From Salinivirgaceae bacterium (lineage in GTDB: Bacteria; Bacteroidota; Bacteroidia; Bacteroidales; SZUA-534): DNA of 64,000 nt. How positions within the stretch are numbered: the first letter of the stretch is position 1; each line of letters starts with the position of its first letter. The DNA lies in assembly GCA_017557605.1 (NCBI GenBank), contig JAFYYJ010000079.1, positions 25,499 through 89,498 of the forward strand. The letters are read 5' to 3'. Positions 56,067 to 64,000 of this stretch are shown here, one piece after another. The position numbers were made by a program, and so were the translations under genes. Under the pieces are notes generated by a model. It was not told the DNA's origin, ran no database searches, and worked only from the letters and a program-made list of their open reading frames with translations.

Positions 56067-56720
56067 ATGAATCAAACCTTTAACATAAAACGTTTTTGCC
56101 GCTACGCGAGGTTTACTCTGTCGATGAACCGCTGGTATTACGGCATTTTGTTTGTGGCTTGCGTTCTGCCGGCTTCGGTGCTGTCGGTTTGCGGTCAAGC
56201 CAATTTCGCACGTGGATTGTTGTACTTTTCAGTAATGCTTACTTTGGCTTTACCAAGTATTGATAATGTTTATGTGAGAGGTCACAAAATGCGCGAAATT
56301 GCAATACCTGTATCGTGGCTCGAAAAACTTATTATCGAGGTTGCTGTCCGTCATTGGACATTAGTTATTCCGTTTACCATTCACGCCGTTGCCGTTGCTA
56401 TGGGTATAAATGAATTAACCTGTTATTTTGCCGATGGTTTTGAAATTTCAAAATTCCTTTTTTTGCTGGTTTTGACGAATGGTGGATTGATTTGCTGTTT
56501 GGCCGCTGATAATTCTTGGTTTTGGAGAGGTTTTAATACAGGAGAAGGAAAAGAGAAACTATCTTTTTATGCTTCCGTGTGGGTTGCTATAATTACCGGT
56601 TTTATGGGAGTTTTAGAAGGCTATTCATATTCTAAAATTCCAACAACAATCCCGCTTACAATCATAATCGCATTTTTTGTTACGACTGTGGTTTTCTATC
56701 GCAAACGGAAAGGTTATTGA
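56067..56720 (+). CDS. polytopic membrane protein, paralog C
   Basis: N-terminus MNQTFNIKRFCRYARFTLSMNRWYYGILFVACVLPASVLSVCG. IAIPVSWLEKLIIEVAVRHW. The track ORF 55824..56720 was trimmed to the in-frame ATG at 56067. Confidence 0.6.
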   Translation: MNQTFNIKRFCRYARFTLSMNRWYYGILFVACVLPASVLSVCGQANFARGLLYFSVMLTLALPSIDNVYVRGHKMREIAIPVSWLEKLIIEVAVRHWTLVIPFTIHAVAVAMGINELTCYFADGFEISKFLFLLVLTNGGLICCLAADNSWFWRGFNTGEGKEKLSFYASVWVAIITGFMGVLEGYSYSKIPTTIPLTIIIAFFVTTVVFYRKRKGY

Positions 56721-56721
56721 A

Positions 56722-57075
56722 ATGGAATTTAAAGAGCAAAAAGGAATATTTCAACAGATTGCCGACCGCATTTGCGACCGCATATTGCAGGGCGAGTTGA
56801 AGGCGGGCGACAAACTCGACTCGGTACGCGAGCTGGCGGCTAAAATCGGAGTCAACCAAAACACCATTATGCGCACCTATTCCGAAATGATGCGCGATGG
56901 CATTATCAGCAACCAGCGAGGCATTGGTTTCTTTGTGGCGCCCGAGGCAAAAGACATAATTCTTGCCCAACGCCGTAACGAATTCTTCAACAACGATTTG
57001 CCATACATAGCTCACCAGGCAAGGCTGCTCGGCATCTCGGCAGAGGAGATTTTGAAGGAATTGAAAAAAGAATAA
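56722..57075 (+). CDS. GntR-family (YtrA-like, short) transcriptional regulator
   Basis: wHTH: GELKAGDKLDSVRELAAKIGVNQNTIMRTYSEMMRDGII. 117 aa. The start is 1 nt after the stop of the preceding gene. Confidence 0.8.
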   Translation: MEFKEQKGIFQQIADRICDRILQGELKAGDKLDSVRELAAKIGVNQNTIMRTYSEMMRDGIISNQRGIGFFVAPEAKDIILAQRRNEFFNNDLPYIAHQARLLGISAEEILKELKKE

Positions 57076-57107
57076 TTAGGATTAAGTTGAGATAGTTTGG
57101 AAAGAAA

Positions 57108-57656
57108 TCACCCAACAACAACCTCATCCATAGGGATATCGTTCTGATTGGCAGGAATTTCAGCAAACTGCTGGCATTCGAAAGCCACGCCAACTTTAAC
57201 AGCTTGCGTTTGCGGCAGAAAACGGTCGTAAAATCCGCGGCCACGGCCCATACGGTTGTTTCGCAAATCGAAAGCTACGCCCGGAACTATCACTAAATCA
57301 ATAATTGACAAATCGGCAAGCGCATCGCCGCAAGGCTCAGGTATTCCAAACGCCCCCTTCAGCATCTTATCAGCTCCGATGTAGCGCCTAAACAGAAGCT
57401 CGTCGCCTTGCACAACAGGCAGATACACATTCTTCTGCTGATACCATTTCTCGATAAACTGCCCGGTCGGCAACTCATCGTTTAGCGACCAATATGCTAT
57501 AATATTTTGTGCATCAACAAAATACTTTTTTTGTTCCAACTCGGCAAAAACACTATTGGCGCACGCCTGCTTGCACTCGGCCGAAAGTTGCGATTTCAGT
57601 TGCCGAACAAGCCGCCGGAGCGAGTCCTTGTCAAGTATTTTAATGTTTTTCAGCAT
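57108..57656 (-). CDS. 5-formyltetrahydrofolate cyclo-ligase
   Basis: LPVV..DELLFRRY, GIPEP, VIVPGVAFDLRNNRMGRGRGFYDRFL. Start trimmed to MLKNIKIL because an upstream-gene terminator lies at 57675-57702. Confidence 0.8.
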   Translation of the reverse strand: MLKNIKILDKDSLRRLVRQLKSQLSAECKQACANSVFAELEQKKYFVDAQNIIAYWSLNDELPTGQFIEKWYQQKNVYLPVVQGDELLFRRYIGADKMLKGAFGIPEPCGDALADLSIIDLVIVPGVAFDLRNNRMGRGRGFYDRFLPQTQAVKVGVAFECQQFAEIPANQNDIPMDEVVVG

Positions 57657-57674
57657 GTTAGTCAGAACAATCGA

Positions 57675-57702
57675 CAAAAAAAGTCCGACCAAAAGCCGGA
57701 CT
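57675..57702 (-). terminator. intrinsic terminator after 57726..58454
   Basis: Stem AAGTCCG (57681-57687) / CGGACTT (57696-57702). T-run on the minus strand. Confidence 0.55.
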
Positions 57703-57725
57703 TCATATTATTAATTATCAACTTT

Positions 57726-58454
57726 TTAGAAATTGAACTCAATACCGCCATTCAGCGTTACGCGAGAATAAACGTCATGGTTGCGTTTAACAAACGGACG
57801 ATAATAAATGTAATATTCAGGCATAACCACCAAGGCTATATGTTTGGCAATCTTGTATTTGCACAACAACTGCACTGAGTTTCCGAGAATCTGGTAAGGA
57901 TACTCAAAATCGACATAGTCGTAACGGTTCCAGCTGTATTTATCGTAATTGTAGCTCAGCTTGTCATAAACATTGTAGATGTAATTCTTACTCTCGCTGC
58001 TTATGTTAAACTCCCACAAGAAACCCGGCGACACAAAAATCTTCCATTTCTCGCTATCGTATAATCTATAGTCAAAACGCAAAGCCAGAGCCATATCCCA
58101 AACTTTGACTTTCGTCTTGTAAATGTGGTTCTTATAAACCGAGCTGTCGCCTTTAGCGGCATATTCAGCATCCAAATAAGAATTGTCCCAATCGGCTTTA
58201 TAATGGAACTCCGAATGGCGGACCTCAAAACGGAAACGGGTGCGCTCCGATGTGCGGATACCGAAATCTAACCCGACATTATAACCCGGTATGCCGGTGC
58301 TGAACTTGACATTGTTCGAGTTCGGCAACTTTCTGTAACCGTTTATGTTATGCACTGCACCGCCATTAACGCCAAATGTGATGTACTCCTCCGTCTGCGC
58401 GTCAACAGCCACTACAGCCGACATCAATAATAATATAAGTGTGAGTTTTTTCAT
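57726..58454 (-). CDS. outer-membrane beta-barrel protein
   Basis: Signal MKKLTLILLLMSAVVAVDAQ. Alternating aromatic/hydrophilic strands. C-terminal ...GGIEFNF. Confidence 0.65.
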   Translation of the reverse strand: MKKLTLILLLMSAVVAVDAQTEEYITFGVNGGAVHNINGYRKLPNSNNVKFSTGIPGYNVGLDFGIRTSERTRFRFEVRHSEFHYKADWDNSYLDAEYAAKGDSSVYKNHIYKTKVKVWDMALALRFDYRLYDSEKWKIFVSPGFLWEFNISSESKNYIYNVYDKLSYNYDKYSWNRYDYVDFEYPYQILGNSVQLLCKYKIAKHIALVVMPEYYIYYRPFVKRNHDVYSRVTLNGGIEFNF

Positions 58455-58593
58455 ATCTATTTATTTGAGCATTCCGCTTAAAAACGGTGCAAAACTATAA
58501 TAATAAATTAAACCGCCATCAAAAATTTCTACCTTTATCGGCCTTTCGCAGGCACATATTTTGTTAATATCAGACAAACTAAATCAGTACAAT

Positions 58594-59340
58594 ATGAAAT
58601 TACTTGAAGGAAAAGTGGCACTTATAACCGGTGCCGGACGCGGGATTGGAAAAGGCATTGCCCGCAAGTTTGCCGAACAGGGCGCCAATCTGGCCCTCAC
58701 CTGCACATCGCTGCGCGACGAGGTAATGGCTTTTGAAGCCGAACTGAACCAAATGGGCGTGAAAGCCAAATTCTACGCTTTCGACGCTTCGGATTTTGAG
58801 GCGGCTCAGAAATATGTGGCTGAGATTGCCGCCGAGTTTGGCCGCATCGACATTCTGGTGAACAACGCCGGCATAACCCGCGACGCAGCCCTCAAACGCC
58901 TGACCGAGGAACAATGGGACGACATTATGCGCGTCAACCTGAAATCAGTGTTTTGCATGAGCAAAGCCGTTCAACCCGTGATGTGGAAACAAGCCTCAGG
59001 CTCAATCATCAACATGAGCTCGGTGGTGGGCATCCGCGGAAACGCCAACCAGTGCAACTATGCAGCTTCGAAGGCCGGAATCATCGGCTTTACCAAGTCG
59101 GCGGCACAGGAACTGGGCGCACGCAACATACGCTGCAACGCCATTGCGCCAGGATTCATCCTCACTGAAATGACCGAGGTCCTGCCCGATAATGTCCGTG
59201 ACGAATGGATGAAACAAATACCGATGCGGCGCGGCGGAACCCCCGAAGATGTTGCAAACGTGGCCGCATTCTTAGGTTCCGACCTGGCAGGATACGTAAC
59301 TGGCCAAGTTATCAACGTTTGCGGCGGAATGCTGACTTAA
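58594..59340 (+). CDS. fabG: 3-oxoacyl-[acyl-carrier-protein] reductase
   Basis: TGAGRGIGK, NNAGIT, and the catalytic S...YAASKAG motif. 248 aa from MKLLEGKVALITG. Confidence 0.88.
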   Translation: MKLLEGKVALITGAGRGIGKGIARKFAEQGANLALTCTSLRDEVMAFEAELNQMGVKAKFYAFDASDFEAAQKYVAEIAAEFGRIDILVNNAGITRDAALKRLTEEQWDDIMRVNLKSVFCMSKAVQPVMWKQASGSIINMSSVVGIRGNANQCNYAASKAGIIGFTKSAAQELGARNIRCNAIAPGFILTEMTEVLPDNVRDEWMKQIPMRRGGTPEDVANVAAFLGSDLAGYVTGQVINVCGGMLT

Positions 59341-59363
59341 TCACTTATTAATCAACTTCTAAT

Positions 59364-59406
59364 GAATTGGAAGGATTCCGTGTGATTCTTCCAATTCGTT
59401 TTTTTG
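59364..59406 (+). terminator. intrinsic terminator after fabG
   Basis: 10-bp stem GAATTGGAAG (59364-59373) / CTTCCAATTC (59388-59397), followed by a T-run (59399-59406). Confidence 0.7.
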
Positions 59407-59419
59407 AAAACCGACAGAG

Positions 59420-61477
59420 ATGCTGCTGTTGTTGATTGGAATACCCGCAGCCGCCGCAATTGCCTGGTGGCTATACTCCTCTCCCACTGTCAAAAGCCAG
59501 CTTAAGCAATGGCAGAGAGCGGTGCTTATACTGATGCGTTTTCTGTCGGTTGCAGCAATTGTACTCACACTCGCCAACATCAGCTTCAATTCGACCATAA
59601 CTCACCGGCAGCGCCCTATTGTGGTGGTGGCTTGCGACAATTCGGCTTCAATGGCCATGAATGCCGACTCCGCATGGATAAAACACGATTTCCCGCAGCA
59701 AATCAACGATTTATGCAATAAGATTAAATCGAAGTTCGACATCTGCCGGATAAATTTTGCCGAAGAAACCGCCGATAATTCCGCTCTCGATTTTGAGGGA
59801 CAGGCCAGCAACATGGCATCGGTTTTCGATTATATTGAAGATAAAATGTTCGGCCAAAACGTTGGTGCACTGATAATTGCATCGGACGGAATTATCAACT
59901 ACGGAAGCGAACCTCTGCAAAAATCCGCAACTTTTGGCAAGCCCGTTTACACTATCGCACTCGGCGACACTCTGCCCCACCCCGACCTTTCGATTGACCG
60001 GATAACAACAAACCGGACAGCTCACAAAAATGTTCATTTCCCGATAGTTGCGAACATAAAAGGCGAAGATGTGCCGGCAGGCCGCTACACTCTGACGCTA
60101 AGCTGCAACGGGCGGAAAACCGATTCGACGCAAATTGAAGTCAGAGAGCGCGAAATCTATCTGAAAAAGACTTTCTACGTACGCGAGGACAGTAGCGGTC
60201 TGCACCATTACACCTTCAGCATCGATATTCCTGAAAACGACATCAACCCGCGTAATAACACAGCCGGCACGGTTGTCGATGTCCGCGACGACATTCAGGA
60301 GATTCTGCTGCTACAAAACAGTTGGCACCCCGATGTGGCCGCCATAAGCCAAATATTGCAAAAAGACCAGCGCTACAAACTGACAATCAACAATATAAAA
60401 GATTTTAAAGGTGACATTGGCAAATATTCGCTAATCATTCTGCACCAGCTTCCGTCAGTGACTGGCAAGATTGGCGGCATTGTCGAAAAAGCGAAAAAAG
60501 CCGGCACGCCGATGCTGATTATCATCGGCCAGCAAACAAAAATAACAGACTTACAACAACTTGAGTTAGGTATCAACATTAAACAGACTCGCAACGACTT
60601 TGAGGAGGTCCAGCCCGCACAAAACTCTGATTTTCAAGTTTTCAGCCTCAGCTTCGACGGCCAGCTGACTTCTGACTTCCCGCCGCTCACTGCCCCTTAT
60701 GGGGAATATGGCGAGATTACAGCAAGTCAAGTCCTATTCTATCAACAAATTGGCTCAGTGCACACCAAACGCCCGCTGCTCTTTTTCACGCAAATCGGCA
60801 GTCAGAAAATAGGTGTGATAGCCGGTGAAGGCATCTGGCGGTGGCGACTTCACGATTATGCCACAAATGGCTCACAAAGCGTTAGTAACGAGATTATTAG
60901 CAAAACAGTGCAGTATCTATGCAACAGCGAGAAACGTGAGCGTTTTGTGCTGAACATCGGCAACACCTTCCCGATGCACCGCAGCATAACTGCCGACGCC
61001 GTAGTTTACAACAAGATGTACGAGCCGGTTAACAACGCCGAAGTCGAAATGCTGATAACCGACAGAAACCGCAACGCCTACAAATCGGCCTTCCAAGCCG
61101 CCGAAACAGGTTACACTCTGAATCTGGGACACAAAGAGCCAGGACTTTACAGCTACACCGCCACGGCCACTATTGGCGACGAGCAACTAACCAAGCGCGG
61201 GCAGTTCGTTGTCACCGACGAGTCGCCCGAGAGCAACAATCTGCTTGCCAACCACAATCTTATGTATCTGCTAGCAAGTGAACATAATGGCAAGATGTAT
61301 ACTGCCAATGATTTTTCAGAAATCGGCACCGACATCCTTAACAACCGGCAGATAGAGACTGTGACAAGCACATCGGAAGTCATCTCGCATCCTATCGATT
61401 TCCTGCTAATAGCTCTTTTAGCCATACTGCTGCTGGCCGCGGAGTGGTTCCTGCGAAAATTTTGGGGACTTGTCTGA
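59420..61477 (+). CDS. large membrane protein (BatA/VWA-like N-terminal region?), function unknown
   Basis: Two N-terminal TM helices, then VVVACDNSASM (VWA/MIDAS-like). C-terminal TM helix (FLLIALLAILLLAAEWFL). The family assignment is tentative. Confidence 0.55.
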   Translation: MLLLLIGIPAAAAIAWWLYSSPTVKSQLKQWQRAVLILMRFLSVAAIVLTLANISFNSTITHRQRPIVVVACDNSASMAMNADSAWIKHDFPQQINDLCNKIKSKFDICRINFAEETADNSALDFEGQASNMASVFDYIEDKMFGQNVGALIIASDGIINYGSEPLQKSATFGKPVYTIALGDTLPHPDLSIDRITTNRTAHKNVHFPIVANIKGEDVPAGRYTLTLSCNGRKTDSTQIEVREREIYLKKTFYVREDSSGLHHYTFSIDIPENDINPRNNTAGTVVDVRDDIQEILLLQNSWHPDVAAISQILQKDQRYKLTINNIKDFKGDIGKYSLIILHQLPSVTGKIGGIVEKAKKAGTPMLIIIGQQTKITDLQQLELGINIKQTRNDFEEVQPAQNSDFQVFSLSFDGQLTSDFPPLTAPYGEYGEITASQVLFYQQIGSVHTKRPLLFFTQIGSQKIGVIAGEGIWRWRLHDYATNGSQSVSNEIISKTVQYLCNSEKRERFVLNIGNTFPMHRSITADAVVYNKMYEPVNNAEVEMLITDRNRNAYKSAFQAAETGYTLNLGHKEPGLYSYTATATIGDEQLTKRGQFVVTDESPESNNLLANHNLMYLLASEHNGKMYTANDFSEIGTDILNNRQIETVTSTSEVISHPIDFLLIALLAILLLAAEWFLRKFWGLV

Positions 61478-61535
61478 TTGCCGCAACTAATCTGCAATAA
61501 TTGGCTACATTTGCGAAAACTTAACATTTACAGCT

Positions 61536-62051
61536 ATGTTTGCCGAAATTTTGAAATACACACTGCCGGCGCTCATCGTCTTTCTGACGACCTACCTCAC
61601 TCTGAGCAAATTGCTTAACAACGAGCGCCGTCGTCTACAAGCCGAAAACGCACTCAACAACCAGAAATACATCACTCCTATCCGCTTGCAAGCTTACGAG
61701 CGGATGGTGCTGCTGCTGGAACGCATTTCGCCGCAATCGCTTGTGATGCGCACACAACGTCAAAATGCCACCAACCAGGAGATGCAATCACTTATGCTGA
61801 AGTCGATACGCTCCGAGTTTGAGCACAATATGGCACACCAGCTCTATATCAGCGACAAGGCGTGGGAAATGGTTCGAATGGCCAAAGAGGACTGCATCAA
61901 GTTTATCAACCAAACGGCTCTGCAAACCAAACCAGATGGCAACTCATTGCAACTCTGCAAGTTGATTCTCGAAAAACTTCTCGACCGTGACCTTGACCCC
62001 ACAACAAAGGCTATCAATTATTTGAAAGAGGAAGTTAGGACGCTGTTTTAG
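61536..62051 (+). CDS. hypothetical membrane-anchored protein
   Basis: 171 aa. N-terminal TM helix (YTLPALIVFLTTYLTL), then a helical soluble part. Confidence 0.5.
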   Translation: MFAEILKYTLPALIVFLTTYLTLSKLLNNERRRLQAENALNNQKYITPIRLQAYERMVLLLERISPQSLVMRTQRQNATNQEMQSLMLKSIRSEFEHNMAHQLYISDKAWEMVRMAKEDCIKFINQTALQTKPDGNSLQLCKLILEKLLDRDLDPTTKAINYLKEEVRTLF

Positions 62052-62072
62052 GCGCACGATTAATACATAAAA

Positions 62073-62110
62073 AGAGCCGTAAGAAAAATCTCACGGCTCT
62101 TTTATTTTTA
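62073..62110. terminator. bidirectional intrinsic terminator between convergent genes
   Basis: 8-bp stem AGAGCCGT (62073-62080) / ACGGCTCT (62093-62100). T-rich tail on plus (62101-62110) and a short A-run before the stem. Confidence 0.65.
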
Positions 62111-62122
62111 GCTGTTGAACAC

Positions 62123-63193
62123 TTATTTCTTCAGCGCAGGGAACAAATACTTGTAAATACTACTTAATTCAGCTTGCAAGTCTGGCGAGTCAGCGGTTAC
62201 TGCAATCACGGCATCCTGGTCGGGCATAACAATAATGTATTGCCCGCGGGCACCGTCGGCACGATAGGCGTTGTCGGGGCAGCGCCACATTTGGTAGCCG
62301 TAGCCAAGCAGCCACGCGCAGTTGTCGGTATTCAGACCTTTGGCTTCAACTTCGTCGGGGCGTGTTCCTGCCGGAACAGACGGCACCTGGCAAGCCGATG
62401 CTTCAGCCACCCATTCGCGGCTCAACAGTTGCTTGCCTTCCCATTGGCCTTGCTGCAAAAAGAGCTGACCGAACTTAAGCATATCTTCCGTCTTAATGTA
62501 AAGTCCCCAACCACCGCAGTTGATGCCTTGAGGGCTCTCGTCCCAACGTGGTTTGTCGATGTGAAGCGGCTCGAAAAGGCGAGGAGTGAGAAAATCGACA
62601 ACCTTCTGTCCCGACACTTTTTGAACAATGGCCGACAGCATATAGGTGCCGATTGAATTGTAGCAATACCAAGTGCCTGGTTGTTTGGTGACAGGATGCG
62701 CGAGGAACGCCTCAACCCAATCGCAGTTGGCGTCACCTTTAGGCTCGGTCTCGTGGCCGCAGTTCATTGTAAGTAGGTCGCGGATGGTCATCGCTTTCAA
62801 ATTATCAGACATTTCGGCAGGCAATTTGTCGGGAAAGAAATCGATAACTTTGTCGGTAACCTTCAACTTGCCGTCATCGACGAGCATTCCGACAGCCGTT
62901 GCGCAAAACGATTTGCTGACAGAGTGCATCACGTGAGCCGTATCGGCATAGCCGCCATTCACCCATTTTTCGTACACAACCTTGCCGTGTTGGGCAATCA
63001 TCACACTTTGCAGCGTTACACCTTCCACAGTATCGGTGTAGGCGATTAGAGCGTCGGCGGCAGCGGTGATTTCGGCTTGAGCCTCACCACGCGGCATTTG
63101 TCCGTTGCTCGCAGCTGGGGCTTTGGAATTTGAACACGATTGCGTCATCAGCAGCATTCCTACCGACGCAACAAAAAGCGAAATTGTTCTCAT
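62123..63193 (-). CDS. serine hydrolase, beta-lactamase/transpeptidase-like family; lipoprotein
   Basis: Lipobox LLMTQSCS. S-x-x-K motif SVSKSF. 356 aa. Confidence 0.75.
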   Translation of the reverse strand: MRTISLFVASVGMLLMTQSCSNSKAPAASNGQMPRGEAQAEITAAADALIAYTDTVEGVTLQSVMIAQHGKVVYEKWVNGGYADTAHVMHSVSKSFCATAVGMLVDDGKLKVTDKVIDFFPDKLPAEMSDNLKAMTIRDLLTMNCGHETEPKGDANCDWVEAFLAHPVTKQPGTWYCYNSIGTYMLSAIVQKVSGQKVVDFLTPRLFEPLHIDKPRWDESPQGINCGGWGLYIKTEDMLKFGQLFLQQGQWEGKQLLSREWVAEASACQVPSVPAGTRPDEVEAKGLNTDNCAWLLGYGYQMWRCPDNAYRADGARGQYIIVMPDQDAVIAVTADSPDLQAELSSIYKYLFPALKK

Positions 63194-63224
63194 AGAAATA
63201 AATTGAATTATTATACTTTACAAA

Positions 63225-63965
63225 TTACTTGCCGAAACCTGCCACCGTGCGAGCGATTTCCTCAACCAAAGCATAGTTGCTCTCGATTGAAGTACCGACA
63301 ACCACAATGTCGGCACCGGCTTGCAGAGCTTTCTCAACATCGGCAGCCGAACGCAGACCTCCACCAACAATAAGCGGCAGACCGACGGCACGGCGCACAG
63401 ATGCAATCATTTCGGCACTGACGGGTTTTGCTGCACCGCTACCGCCCTCAAGATAAAGGGCTTTCAGTCCCAACATCTGTCCGGCCAAAGCGGTAGCAAC
63501 CGCAATGTCGGTCTTATTGTAAGGTATTGGCATTGTGTTGCTTATGTAGCGCACCGATGTGTAATTTTCTTCGCCAATCAGCATATAGCCCGTAGGCAGA
63601 ATCTCAATGCCCGATTGGGCAAGAGCCGGCGCCGCCAACACGTGCTGGCCGATGAGAAAATCGGGGTTGCGGCCCGAAATAAGCGATAGCAGCAGAATGC
63701 CGTCAGCCTTGTTGGTTACCTGCATAGCGCTACCTGGGAACAAAACCACAGGCTTTTGAGTGTTGCGTTTCAAGGTGGCCACAGTGGCGTCAATATTGCT
63801 GAACAACAGACTTCCTCCAACCAAAACAATATCGGGTCCGTCGGGCGAGTTGATTTTTTCGGTCAGGCGCAGCAAATCGGCCTCACTCTGCTTGTCGGGG
63901 TCGACGAGCAAGGCGAACATCTTGCGACCATTGGTAATATTTTCCTGAATATCAGCGAGTAACAT
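63225..63965 (-). CDS. pcrB: geranylgeranylglyceryl/heptaprenylglyceryl phosphate synthase (PcrB family)
   Basis: ALLVDPDK, VGGS, YLEGGSGA, GGGLRSAADVEKALQAGADIVVVGT. TIM-barrel GGGPS-like motifs. Confidence 0.75.
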   Translation of the reverse strand: MLLADIQENITNGRKMFALLVDPDKQSEADLLRLTEKINSPDGPDIVLVGGSLLFSNIDATVATLKRNTQKPVVLFPGSAMQVTNKADGILLLSLISGRNPDFLIGQHVLAAPALAQSGIEILPTGYMLIGEENYTSVRYISNTMPIPYNKTDIAVATALAGQMLGLKALYLEGGSGAAKPVSAEMIASVRRAVGLPLIVGGGLRSAADVEKALQAGADIVVVGTSIESNYALVEEIARTVAGFGK

Positions 63966-64000
63966 ATTCCGATTTTCTAACCGATAATATACGACAAAAT

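Overview
This window looks like a Bacteroidales (phylum Bacteroidota) chromosomal segment. The evidence is TAnnTTTG -7 promoter boxes 17-26 nt upstream of many start codons, several proteins with T9SS C-terminal sorting domains, ECF-sigma/FecR pairs, and many Bacteroidota-typical DUF families. About 55 protein genes tile the window densely. Most are housekeeping: queA, rluD, recQ, gdhA, ispF, recX, prmC, ribD, fabG, a SUI1-SNF2 pair, a hybrid histidine kinase and one tRNA(CAU). I saw no rRNA, CRISPR array, transposase or integrase. Three regions look accessory. (1) At 33.2-35.8 kb, a low-GC two-gene insertion sits between a U32 peptidase gene and an SNF2 helicase gene. It encodes an EcoRI-type N6-adenine methyltransferase and a DUF262(ParB-like)-HNH nuclease, and is preceded by a ~170-nt intergenic element with several nested and mutually exclusive helices. 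This is my best candidate for an undescribed restriction/defence-type module with an associated RNA. (2) At 16.1-26.5 kb, three tandem paralogous giant surface proteins (LTD-CotH-LTD-T9SS) each have their own promoter box and terminator. (3) At 53.1-57.1 kb, an operon encodes a secreted protein, an ABC ATPase, three paralogous membrane proteins and a terminal GntR regulator, with a palindromic candidate operator upstream. All family names come from motif recognition by eye and from memory. No database search was run.
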